DNA of 32,000 nucleotides, taken from NCBI RefSeq assembly GCF_000621645.1, contig NZ_JHXR01000029.1, positions 5,424 to 37,423 on the forward strand, written 5' to 3'. The position numbers were made by a program, and so were the translations under genes. This document shows, piece after piece, positions 1 to 7,675 of this stretch. The stretch's first letter is position 1, and every line of letters starts with the position of its first letter. This stretch comes from Vibrio cholerae ATCC 14035 (lineage in GTDB: Bacteria; Pseudomonadota; Gammaproteobacteria; Enterobacterales; Vibrionaceae). The notes beneath the pieces were generated by a model. That model made no database searches. It was not told where the DNA came from and worked only from the letters and a program-made list of their open reading frames with translations.

Positions 1-105
1 TTCAAATACACCTTCAATAAATTGGAAATCGTGCTCATCATGCACGTAACCATGATCGACGTTGATCACGCCATCACGATCAAGAAATACGGCGGGTTTG
101 GCCAA
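1..105 (-). CDS. gmhB: D,D-heptose 1,7-bisphosphate phosphatase GmhB, N-terminal ~35 codons only (gene continues past the left edge)
   Basis: Minus-strand translation from 105 reads (TTG)[34 protein letters not shown]. This is the HAD motif-I N-terminus of E. coli GmhB/YaeD. It is divergent from metN as in E. coli. There is no in-frame ATG, so TTG at 105..103 is my best start guess. Absent from the ORF track. Confidence 0.8.
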   Translation of the reverse strand, partial: MAKPAVFLDRDGVINVDHGYVHDEHDFQFIEGVFE

Positions 106-150
106 AATGCTGTCTCTTTCAAGTCACTTTGCGCGAATTATTGCACGCTT

Positions 151-191
151 TATTTTTTTCATCACTATCTATATTTTTTTCGTCACTATCT
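151..191. repeat. Tandem direct repeat, 2 copies in 21-bp phase (T7 tract + TC[A/G]TCACTATCT)
   Basis: TATTTTTTTCATCACTATCT (151-170) and TATTTTTTTCGTCACTATCT (172-191) are 19/20 identical. They lie in the gmhB/metN divergent intergenic region. Confidence 0.7.
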
Positions 192-225
192 AATAACCTT
201 CTCGTCTAATCACTCATAACCATTT

Positions 226-241
226 AGACGTCTAGACGTAA
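226..241. promoter_or_regulatory. MetJ operator, two tandem met boxes
   Basis: AGACGTCT (226-233) matches the met-box consensus AGACGTCT at 8/8. It is directly followed by AGACGTAA (234-241, 6/8). The site is about 100 bp upstream of the metN ATG. Confidence 0.75.
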
Positions 242-250
242 AAATATCTA

Positions 251-279
251 TTGACTTAAACTCAGCAAGCCCATAGCAT
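251..279 (+). promoter_or_regulatory. Candidate sigma70 promoter of metNIQ
   Basis: -35 TTGACT (251-256), 17-bp spacer, -10 TAGCAT (274-279), immediately downstream of the met boxes. Pattern match only. Confidence 0.4.
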
Positions 280-340
280 CGACTACCAATTGAGGAAGAG
301 GCCAACAGATTATTCTGCCTCGAGCAGTACAGGGTTGCAC

Positions 341-1375
341 ATGATTGAGATTAAAAGCGTAAATAAGGTGTTCTATCAGGGGGATAAACAAATCCACGCC
401 CTGAAAGACATCAATTTATTCATTCCACAGGGTACGATTTTTGGGGTGATTGGCTCATCCGGTGCCGGAAAAAGTACGCTGATCCGTTGTGTCAACATGC
501 TAGAAAAACCGACCAGCGGCCAAGTGATTGTCGATGGTGTAGATCTCACCACGCTCAGTAATCCACAACTGTGCGCAGCCCGCCGTAACATAGGTATGAT
601 TTTCCAGCATTTTAATCTGCTTTCATCACGCACTGTGTTTGAAAACGTAGCTCTGCCACTTGAGTTAGCGGGTCAATCACAACAGCATATCGAAACGAAA
701 GTGACTGAATTGCTGACCCTAGTTGGTCTCTCTGAGAAAAGAGAGAGCTACCCGGCGAATCTGTCAGGCGGCCAGAAGCAACGTGTCGCGATTGCCCGCG
801 CTTTGGCAAGCGATCCCAAAGTCTTGCTGTGTGATGAAGCCACCAGCGCGCTGGATCCAGCAACGACTCAGTCAATTTTAGAACTGCTTAAAGAGATTAA
901 CCGTCAGCTTAACCTGACCATTTTGCTGATTACCCATGAAATGGATGTGGTGAAAAGCATCTGTCACGAAGTGGCGATCATTGGTGGCGGTGAGCTGGTT
1001 GAGAAAGGCACGGTCGGCGATATTTTTGCCCACCCGAAAACCGAGTTGGCACATCAATTCATCCGCTCAACGTTGGATTTATCGATTCCTGAAGATTACC
1101 AAGTGCGCTTACAGCCAACTCGCGTGGCAGGCAGCTACCCACTGGTGCGTTTGGAATTTACCGGCGCTACCGTGGATGCACCGCTGATGACGCAAATTGC
1201 TCGCAAATACAACATTGATGTCAGCATTCTTAGCTCAGATCTGGATTACGCCGGCGGCGTGAAGTTTGGCATGATGGTCGCTGAAATTTTTGGTAATGCC
1301 GACGATGATGAAGCCGCGATTCGTTATCTGCGCGAAAACAACGTTAAAGTAGAGGTGCTGGGTTATGTCCTTTAA
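341..1375 (+). CDS. metN: Methionine ABC transporter ATP-binding protein MetN
   Basis: Walker [10 protein letters not shown], signature LSGGQKQRV, Walker [12 protein letters not shown], and a C-terminal NIL/ACT-like domain. Collinear with E. coli MetN (343 aa). The track ORF starts at TTG 290. ATG 341 ([11 protein letters not shown]) matches the E. coli N-terminus and gives 344 aa. Confidence 0.95.
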   Translation: MIEIKSVNKVFYQGDKQIHALKDINLFIPQGTIFGVIGSSGAGKSTLIRCVNMLEKPTSGQVIVDGVDLTTLSNPQLCAARRNIGMIFQHFNLLSSRTVFENVALPLELAGQSQQHIETKVTELLTLVGLSEKRESYPANLSGGQKQRVAIARALASDPKVLLCDEATSALDPATTQSILELLKEINRQLNLTILLITHEMDVVKSICHEVAIIGGGELVEKGTVGDIFAHPKTELAHQFIRSTLDLSIPEDYQVRLQPTRVAGSYPLVRLEFTGATVDAPLMTQIARKYNIDVSILSSDLDYAGGVKFGMMVAEIFGNADDDEAAIRYLRENNVKVEVLGYVL

Positions 1376-2042
1376 TACGATTGCACAATGGTTTGCACTC
1401 AATAGTGACCTACTGTTAACCGCCACATGGCAAACACTGTATATGGTCGCGATTGCCGGTGCGGTGGGTTTTGCGCTCGGGATTCCGCTAGGAGTGATTC
1501 TCCATACCACCAAAAAAGAGGGCTTACTGGAAAACCTACCGCTGAACCGTGCGCTCGGCGCCGTGGTTAACATCGGTCGCTCGGTACCCTTTTTGGTGTT
1601 GATGGTCGCCATCATTCCTGTCACCAAACTGATTGTCGGCACTTTTATCGGTACCACTGCGGCCATTGTGCCACTCACGATTGGGGCGATTCCGTTTGTA
1701 GCGCGCCTGATTGAGAGTGCGCTGCTTGAAGTGCCAACCGGCTTAGTGGAAGCGGCGCAATCTATGGGTGCGACGCCACTACAAATCATTCGTAAGGTAC
1801 TGCTGCCTGAAGCGCTACCGACGATTTTAAACTCAGTCACGATTACTCTCGTGACACTGGTCAGCTACTCAGCCATGGCGGGTACCGTTGGCGGTGGTGG
1901 TCTGGGCGATGTGGCGATCCGCTATGGATTCCACCGTTACGACATCACCATCATGGCGGTCACTGTGGTCATGCTGATTGTGCTGGTACAAATTATTCAA
2001 TCCATCGGCGATGCGTTGGTACGCCGCGTCGATCATCGATAA
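1365..2042 (+). CDS. metI: Methionine ABC transporter permease MetI
   Basis: Strong collinear similarity to E. coli MetI ([52 protein letters not shown]). Overlaps the metN stop by 11 nt. Confidence 0.95.
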   Translation: MSFNTIAQWFALNSDLLLTATWQTLYMVAIAGAVGFALGIPLGVILHTTKKEGLLENLPLNRALGAVVNIGRSVPFLVLMVAIIPVTKLIVGTFIGTTAAIVPLTIGAIPFVARLIESALLEVPTGLVEAAQSMGATPLQIIRKVLLPEALPTILNSVTITLVTLVSYSAMAGTVGGGGLGDVAIRYGFHRYDITIMAVTVVMLIVLVQIIQSIGDALVRRVDHR

Positions 2043-2078
2043 GCAAAACAAAAGCCTTTTTTGAACAAGGGGTTCATC

Positions 2079-2888
2079 ATGAAGTTTAGCCTGAAAAGTT
2101 TACTGACTATCGCTGCTGCAGCCTCAACCCTAATTTTGGTCGGCTGCGGTGAAAAAGCCGTAGATAACAACAAAGTGAAAATTGGTGTTATGGCGGGTGC
2201 GGAAGCACAAGTGGCAGAAGTGGCAGCCAAAGTGGCTAAAGAAAAATACAATCTGGATGTCGAACTGGTGACTTTTACCGATTACGTAACACCAAACGCG
2301 GCATTGGATGACGGTTCTATCGATGCGAACGCATTCCAACACAAACCTTATCTGGATAAGCAAATCGCCGATCGTGGTTACAAGCTAGCGATCGTTGGCA
2401 ACACCTTTGTTTACCCGATCGCGGGCTACTCAAAACAGATCAAATCGGTTGATGAACTACAAGATGGCGCGCGCATTGCGGTTCCAAACGATCCAACTAA
2501 CCTAGGTCGCTCACTGCTGCTGTTGCAACAACAAGGTCTGCTCAAACTGCGTGAAGATGTTGGCCTACTGGCAACCGTACGTGACATCGTTGAAAATCCG
2601 AAGAAACTTGAGATTCTCGAATTGGATGCTGCGCAGCTACCACGTTCACTGGATGATGTGGCTCTGTCTATCATCAATACCACTTACGCGAGCTCAATCA
2701 ACCTGACCCCAGAAAAAGATGGCATCTTCGTTGAAAACAAAGAGTCACCTTACGTCAATATTTTGGTTGCCCGTGAAGCAAACGTGAACGCCGAAAACGT
2801 ACAAAACTTCAAGAAAGCCTACCAAACCGATGAAGTCGCTAAAGCCGCGTCTGAAATCTTCCAAGGTGGCGCAGTAAAAGGTTGGTAA
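2079..2888 (+). CDS. metQ: Methionine-binding lipoprotein MetQ (NlpA family)
   Basis: Signal peptide with lipobox LVGC. NlpA-family body (AFQHKPYLD, VPNDPTNLGR). The track start at 2061 is TTG. ATG 2079 has an AAGGGG Shine-Dalgarno 6 nt upstream. Confidence 0.93.
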   Translation: MKFSLKSLLTIAAAASTLILVGCGEKAVDNNKVKIGVMAGAEAQVAEVAAKVAKEKYNLDVELVTFTDYVTPNAALDDGSIDANAFQHKPYLDKQIADRGYKLAIVGNTFVYPIAGYSKQIKSVDELQDGARIAVPNDPTNLGRSLLLLQQQGLLKLREDVGLLATVRDIVENPKKLEILELDAAQLPRSLDDVALSIINTTYASSINLTPEKDGIFVENKESPYVNILVAREANVNAENVQNFKKAYQTDEVAKAASEIFQGGAVKGW

Positions 2889-2925
2889 TCGCCATTTCTA
2901 ATGGTCTTCCCGCTTTAAAACAGAA

Positions 2926-2952
2926 AAGGTTGGCGCTACGCCAACCTTTTTT
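2926..2952 (+). terminator. Rho-independent terminator after metQ
   Basis: Stem AAGGTTGGCG / CGCCAACCTT with a 3-nt loop, followed by T6. It lies between the convergent metQ and DUF2310 genes. Confidence 0.8.
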
Positions 2953-3020
2953 ATTACTGAGTGCTTTGAATACGAATAGAGAAAAGATGAATGCGGGGGC
3001 ATGAAGGTGCATCCAGCACT

Positions 3021-3797
3021 CTATTTCAAGTGATCCCAAGAAATATTGGAGACAATTCGGCACGGCTCACAACGGAAATGGAAGATGTCGTGCAGTGGCT
3101 CATCCAATAACCACTCTCCGCCGCACTTAGGGCAAGGGCGCGCTTTTTCTTGCGCAAGGCTACTGCCACCAACCCGATACTGATAGTAATAGGTTGGCAC
3201 TTGAGTCAAAAATTCAATCCGGCCACGCAGATCCCAACCTCGTCGGAACAAATCACTATCCACATCGCAAATCTCATGCAGCGCAGCATGCTCCGCTTTG
3301 CACGCTCCGGCCATTTGCAATTCATCACACGCTTGCCATTCAGTTTGCCATTTGATCACCGCTTTGTGATCACCATTAAAAGTCGGCGGATTACGATACA
3401 GAGGAATAGGCAACAGACTTTCACCGCTGCGCAGTGGTGAACACGTGTGCACATAGGTGGTGTATAGCACCTGCCAACTCGGCATTTCCACTTCTGCGGC
3501 TTGTTCTGAGTTGATGTCTAACCCCAGAATGCGAACTTTCGGCGCGAGCAAACTGGCCTCACTTAAACGGCTCACACAAGCTTCAACGTATTCGGAATGA
3601 AATTTCGGGTGCAGGCTCTCTTTTTCAGGACAGACGGCGCGCACGTAAAACACTCCGTCACCGAGCACAATCGGGAACTCACGCCCCAATACTTGTCCGT
3701 TATAGCGCAGCGCATCCATCAAGCCGTTGATGGCTTTATCCACGGCGCTGATGGTGGTGTTATCAAAACACTCAAACTCCAACTCAACCACGTACAT
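3021..3797 (-). CDS. Conserved hypothetical Zn-ribbon protein (DUF2310-like, family name from memory)
   Basis: 258-aa ORF with a C-terminal CPKCGGEW...FRCEPCRIV four-Cys ribbon. Its start ATG lies 1 nt after the syd stop (TGA-G-ATG), so it is translationally coupled to syd. Confidence 0.6.
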   Translation of the reverse strand: MYVVELEFECFDNTTISAVDKAINGLMDALRYNGQVLGREFPIVLGDGVFYVRAVCPEKESLHPKFHSEYVEACVSRLSEASLLAPKVRILGLDINSEQAAEVEMPSWQVLYTTYVHTCSPLRSGESLLPIPLYRNPPTFNGDHKAVIKWQTEWQACDELQMAGACKAEHAALHEICDVDSDLFRRGWDLRGRIEFLTQVPTYYYQYRVGGSSLAQEKARPCPKCGGEWLLDEPLHDIFHFRCEPCRIVSNISWDHLK

Positions 3798-3798
3798 C

Positions 3799-4347
3799 TC
3801 AATTCACCTTTGGTTCAAGCTGTTCTAAAAACGTCTCAAGATCGGCAGTCAATACTTCACGCTGCGCTGTCCCTAATTTCTCGAGGATCACATTACCACT
3901 CAGGTTACACACTGAAACCACTGCCATTTCATCCTCGGTTGTGGCGATAAATACGGTTGGCTTTTGCTTTAAGCGGCGCTGCATCACCAAATGCCCCAAG
4001 ATGTTTTCCTGCAGGCGGGTGAAATCGTCTTCACTCCATACTTGCAGCAAAGTCAGCTCTCGGCCTCGCCACTGCGCAGGCATATCAGCACTAAACTGGC
4101 TGGCGTAAAATGCTTTAATATCCTCGTGCAGCGTGAGCTCAATCGCCCGCTCGACATTACTGAAATCTGCCCAAACCTCACGATTGATGGGACGCCAGCG
4201 CACCACATCGGTCAGCGCTTCGACCACACAAGGCGAAGCCAGTCCCAATAATTCATCATTTTCCGGTAATTGGCAGGTTTGCTGGGCACAATGTTGTAGA
4301 AAACGCTGACTGAATGCACTCAAGGCTTGCACTACGCTTTGCGTCAT
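3799..4347 (-). CDS. syd: SecY-interacting protein Syd
   Basis: Collinear with E. coli Syd ([49 protein letters not shown]). ATG 4347 (MTQSVVQAL) has GGAG 6 nt upstream and gives 182 aa against 181 in E. coli. The track start at 4395 is an upstream extension. Confidence 0.9.
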   Translation of the reverse strand: MTQSVVQALSAFSQRFLQHCAQQTCQLPENDELLGLASPCVVEALTDVVRWRPINREVWADFSNVERAIELTLHEDIKAFYASQFSADMPAQWRGRELTLLQVWSEDDFTRLQENILGHLVMQRRLKQKPTVFIATTEDEMAVVSVCNLSGNVILEKLGTAQREVLTADLETFLEQLEPKVN

Positions 4348-4443
4348 AATCATCTCCATGTTGAGTTTGCGCCGCCTCGTTAATGACACTGGCACTGGGA
4401 TTGCGTAAAATTCTGCACATTCTAATTGAATCGACTGAAAAAC

Positions 4444-5289
4444 ATGAGCAAATATTCCGATGCCAAAGAGCTGGCAAGCTTAACTCTGGGTAAAAAAACC
4501 GAGTACGCCAACCAGTATGACCCAAGCTTACTGCAACCTGTGCCACGCAGCTTGAACCGCAATGATCTGCATCTTAGCGCGACTCTGCCTTTTCAAGGCT
4601 GCGATATTTGGACGCTGTATGAGCTCTCTTGGCTCAATCAGAAAGGCCTGCCCCAAGTGGCGATCGGAGAAGTGTCGATTCCAGCGACCAGTGCCAATTT
4701 GATCGAATCCAAATCGTTCAAGCTCTATCTCAACAGCTATAATCAGACTCGTTTTGCATCTTGGGATGAAGTGCAAACGCGCTTAGTGCACGATCTTTCG
4801 GCCTGCGCGGGTGAAACCGTGACCGTAAAAGTCAAACCACTGAGTGATTACACCGCAGAGCCGATAGTGACCATGCAAGGCGAGTGCATTGATGATCAAG
4901 ATATTGAAATCGCTAACTACGAGTTTGATGATGCCTTGCTGCAAGGTGCAGCACAGGGTGAAGAAGTCAGCGAAGTACTGCACAGCCATTTGCTTAAATC
5001 GAACTGCCTAATCACCAATCAACCCGACTGGGGGAGCGTCGAAATTGCGTATCACGGCGCTAAGATGAATCGTGAAGCCTTACTGCGTTATCTTGTCTCT
5101 TTCCGTGAGCATAATGAGTTTCATGAGCAGTGTGTTGAGCGTATTTTCACCGACATTATGCGCTACTGCCAGCCACAGAGTTTGACCGTGTATGCGCGTT
5201 ATACTCGACGCGGTGGCTTAGACATTAACCCATTCCGCTCCAGCCACCAGTCAGCACCGAACCATAATCAACGCATGGCGCGACAATAA
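4444..5289 (+). CDS. queF: NADPH-dependent 7-cyano-7-deazaguanine (preQ0) reductase QueF, type II
   Basis: Near-identical blocks to E. coli QueF: [66 protein letters not shown] 4444 ([18 protein letters not shown]) matches the E. coli N-terminus. The track start at 4426 is TTG. Confidence 0.95.
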   Translation: MSKYSDAKELASLTLGKKTEYANQYDPSLLQPVPRSLNRNDLHLSATLPFQGCDIWTLYELSWLNQKGLPQVAIGEVSIPATSANLIESKSFKLYLNSYNQTRFASWDEVQTRLVHDLSACAGETVTVKVKPLSDYTAEPIVTMQGECIDDQDIEIANYEFDDALLQGAAQGEEVSEVLHSHLLKSNCLITNQPDWGSVEIAYHGAKMNREALLRYLVSFREHNEFHEQCVERIFTDIMRYCQPQSLTVYARYTRRGGLDINPFRSSHQSAPNHNQRMARQ

Positions 5290-5303
5290 GGATAAGACTT
5301 AGG

Positions 5304-7565
5304 ATGAGATTTCTGCGCTGGATAACCATAGCGACTTTACTACTGACTTCAAGTTGGGCTCAGGCCACGATTTACTCTTCACCTATGCTCAATGAAGCTA
5401 GCGGCTTGGTCGAGGTCTCACCCTTACAAGCAAAAAAAATGGCGCAGCAGTACCTTAATGAGCGCCATTTAGCCGAGAAACAGGAAAAACACCCCGCCAC
5501 AATTGCTCGAGATGAAGCCGACAGCCGGACACGCACACCCGGCAGTACGGTCGATGCCTTGATGATTTTGGCGCTCGCCTTGGATAATCTTGGTGAACAT
5601 GAACAAGCGCAACAGATTTTGCGCGATGCCAATGCACTGACTGAACAATACCAACTCCCCTATCTACACCTCGATGTGCAAATCCTTAGCACTCGTCTTA
5701 TTTGGCAAAAAGAGGGTGATGCACAGGCCGCGCGCGAAAGAATACAGAAGATCAATGAGCAGTATCAGGTGATCGAAAATGCCGATCAAATCGCCAAAGG
5801 CATTGATTACAAACTTACGTTACTCAGTGCCGAAATCGCCTCAAAAGCCAATGAGCTTGAATTGGCCGATAAGCTGTTTGCCAAGGCCAAACCCTATCTT
5901 GACACCTTACAAAACGAAAAACCGGCCATTGAGTATCACCTAACCTTAGGTGAGCACAATCTTAGCCATGGACGTTATAACCTGGCGCTTTCCGAATTGC
6001 TGATCGCCTACTGGAGTGCTATTGAGAACAACGCCGGCGTACTGTTAGCGCAAGCAAACACACTGCTAGGCAAACTGTTTTTCAATCGCCAAGTGTTAGA
6101 TAAAGCACTCGATCACTTCTCACAAGCGGCAGACTTTTATGGCCGCTACGAACAATCGCCATTTTTATCTGCTGTTCTCAAACAAATGGGTGATGTCTAC
6201 TACCAGCAAGGCAAATATAACTTAGCTTTGGTGCATTATTTCAATGTGATTGACCATCAAAATAATCAATCGTCACTCAGTGATGAAATTGAAATTCGCA
6301 TCAATCTCTCCGCTACCTATTTACAACTCTACAACTACCCCGTTGCTGAGCAGTATTTAACCAGCGCTGAAGAGCTATTAGGAATGGCTGATATTCCTCG
6401 TTTAAATGGGCACGCCGCCTTACTGCATTCAGGGTTGGCTTATTATCAAGAAATAAATCAGGATATCGTTCGTTATGCAGAAATGGCACTGCATATTGGT
6501 CAATCGATTCAAGATGACGAACTTCAAGAGCAAGCTTACCGTTTACTTTCTCTCGGTTATGAAAGAACCGGCTCAGCCGCCAAAGCGCTAGACAATTTTA
6601 AAAAGAGTCAGGTTCTCGCCCAAAAACGACAAAATAAGCTTAACCAAATCAGTGAAGATGCATTTCGTCAGCAACGGGAGTTTATTGAACAGACCTTGCA
6701 TTTAGTTGGACAAGAAAAACAGCTGCAAGAGACCAACAATCAATTCAGCCAATTACGTAAAGTGGCTTTGTTTTTACTGAGCATTAGCTTAGTACTTTTT
6801 CTGATTACTTTGCGACGCGGTTATCTTATTCAAGGCTTTCAAGATCAAATCTCTGAGTTGCATGACACTTTATTTACTCATTCGAGATCGCGCCTAAGCA
6901 ATCTACGCATGCTGAATGCGAAGTTACCCAGTTCATTAGAAAACAGTAACCGTAACTATGAACAGTGGCAGCTAGGGGAGCTCATTCGTCAACCGCTCAA
7001 CGATAGACTGCGTTTTGTGCTGATCGATATTCCTTTCATGCGCAACATGTATCTACAAAATGGTTATACCGCCGGTTTAGAATTAGAGCGCGCTTTTGGT
7101 AAATTTCTTAAAACTAAAATAAAAGAACCCGATCGGTTGTACCATTTTTCAGATGCAAGCTTGTTGTATATCGAAAAAAATGGCAGCGAGCGAAGTGAAC
7201 CAGAAATATTATTCAACCAGATTCAATCTTGGCTGAATGATTTTGCACCAGAAAGAAAAATAAACCGAATAGTTCGAATTGGTATTGCCGATTACCCATT
7301 TTTACCGCGGGCTTATACCGCCATCAATGATAAAGAATTGTTGGATATTTTGTTGATGGCAACCAATATCGCCAGAGAGTTAAGCTTGAGTGAAGGCCAA
7401 AGTCATTGGGTCTATTTTAAAGCGATTGATAATGCCCCAGCCGCCAGCTTTGCTTCGGAAAATATTCGACTTTCTTGTAAACAAGCAATAAATCAAGGGC
7501 TGATCAAAGTTCACTCTTCTTATAAGAATGAGGACAACATCAAAAAACTCTTAAAAGATGGATAA
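5304..7565 (+). CDS. Membrane protein: signal peptide or TM1, TPR-like repeat region, coiled coil, TM, then a C-terminal degenerate (inactive-looking) GGDEF-like domain
   Basis: N-terminus MRFLRWITIATLLLTSSWAQA. Repeated TPR-like helices (YYQQGKYNLALVHYFNVI, etc.). TM segment VALFLLSISLVLFLITL. The C-terminus aligns to the GGDEF fold (FVLIDIPFMRNMYLQNGYTAGLELERAFGKFL...DRLYHFSDASLLYIE), with FSDAS in place of GG[DE]EF and KEPD in place of RxxD. Confidence 0.65.
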   Translation: MRFLRWITIATLLLTSSWAQATIYSSPMLNEASGLVEVSPLQAKKMAQQYLNERHLAEKQEKHPATIARDEADSRTRTPGSTVDALMILALALDNLGEHEQAQQILRDANALTEQYQLPYLHLDVQILSTRLIWQKEGDAQAARERIQKINEQYQVIENADQIAKGIDYKLTLLSAEIASKANELELADKLFAKAKPYLDTLQNEKPAIEYHLTLGEHNLSHGRYNLALSELLIAYWSAIENNAGVLLAQANTLLGKLFFNRQVLDKALDHFSQAADFYGRYEQSPFLSAVLKQMGDVYYQQGKYNLALVHYFNVIDHQNNQSSLSDEIEIRINLSATYLQLYNYPVAEQYLTSAEELLGMADIPRLNGHAALLHSGLAYYQEINQDIVRYAEMALHIGQSIQDDELQEQAYRLLSLGYERTGSAAKALDNFKKSQVLAQKRQNKLNQISEDAFRQQREFIEQTLHLVGQEKQLQETNNQFSQLRKVALFLLSISLVLFLITLRRGYLIQGFQDQISELHDTLFTHSRSRLSNLRMLNAKLPSSLENSNRNYEQWQLGELIRQPLNDRLRFVLIDIPFMRNMYLQNGYTAGLELERAFGKFLKTKIKEPDRLYHFSDASLLYIEKNGSERSEPEILFNQIQSWLNDFAPERKINRIVRIGIADYPFLPRAYTAINDKELLDILLMATNIARELSLSEGQSHWVYFKAIDNAPAASFASENIRLSCKQAINQGLIKVHSSYKNEDNIKKLLKDG

Positions 7566-7636
7566 ATGCTGCCCAGTCGGCATAAACACTGGGTGACGCC
7601 AGCAAAATATTTGTTATTATCGACAAATCAATAAAT

Positions 7637-7654
7637 AGGATCAGGATTGATCCT
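7637..7654 (+). promoter_or_regulatory. GGA-in-loop hairpin in the leader of the SGEEF GGDEF gene (candidate CsrA site)
   Basis: AGGATCA-GGAT-TGATCCT forms a perfect 7-bp stem with loop GGAU, 22 nt upstream of ATG 7676. A second AGGA lies in the 5' arm. Confidence 0.3.
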
Positions 7655-7675
7655 CAACTATCCAGTTTGTTGTAC

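Noticed and set aside
22-219. 65-aa plus-strand ORF at the left edge
   Set aside because: It lies antisense to the clear gmhB N-terminus (1-105) and then runs through the T-rich intergenic repeat. It has no SD and a low-complexity product, so it is a shadow ORF.
290-340. N-terminal extensions of track ORFs: metN 290, metQ 2061, syd to 4395, queF 4426, ppnN 9446, xni 10858, thiI to 15237, GNAT to 23716, AbgT to 26896, GGDEF 7667
   Set aside because: Most begin at TTG or other upstream codons and add residues absent from the E. coli or family N-termini. Internal ATGs with proper SDs match the homologues. The xni and GNAT extensions would read through terminator hairpins.
1235-1840. Long antisense or alternate-frame ORFs inside real genes, e.g. 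1235-1840, 15527-15982, 16570-17244, 20787-21245, 21287-21670, 24501-24881, 24728-25048, 24930-25373, 29197-29607, 29525-29986
   Set aside because: Each fully overlaps a gene with strong homology on the other strand or frame. The products are low-complexity (S/A/R/P-rich) and lack SDs, which is typical of shadow ORFs.
4396-4443. Possible preQ1 riboswitch upstream of queF
   Set aside because: Only about 48 nt of spacer is shared with the divergent syd promoter. There is no preQ1-I hairpin with an A-rich tail, and gammaproteobacterial queF is not known to carry one.
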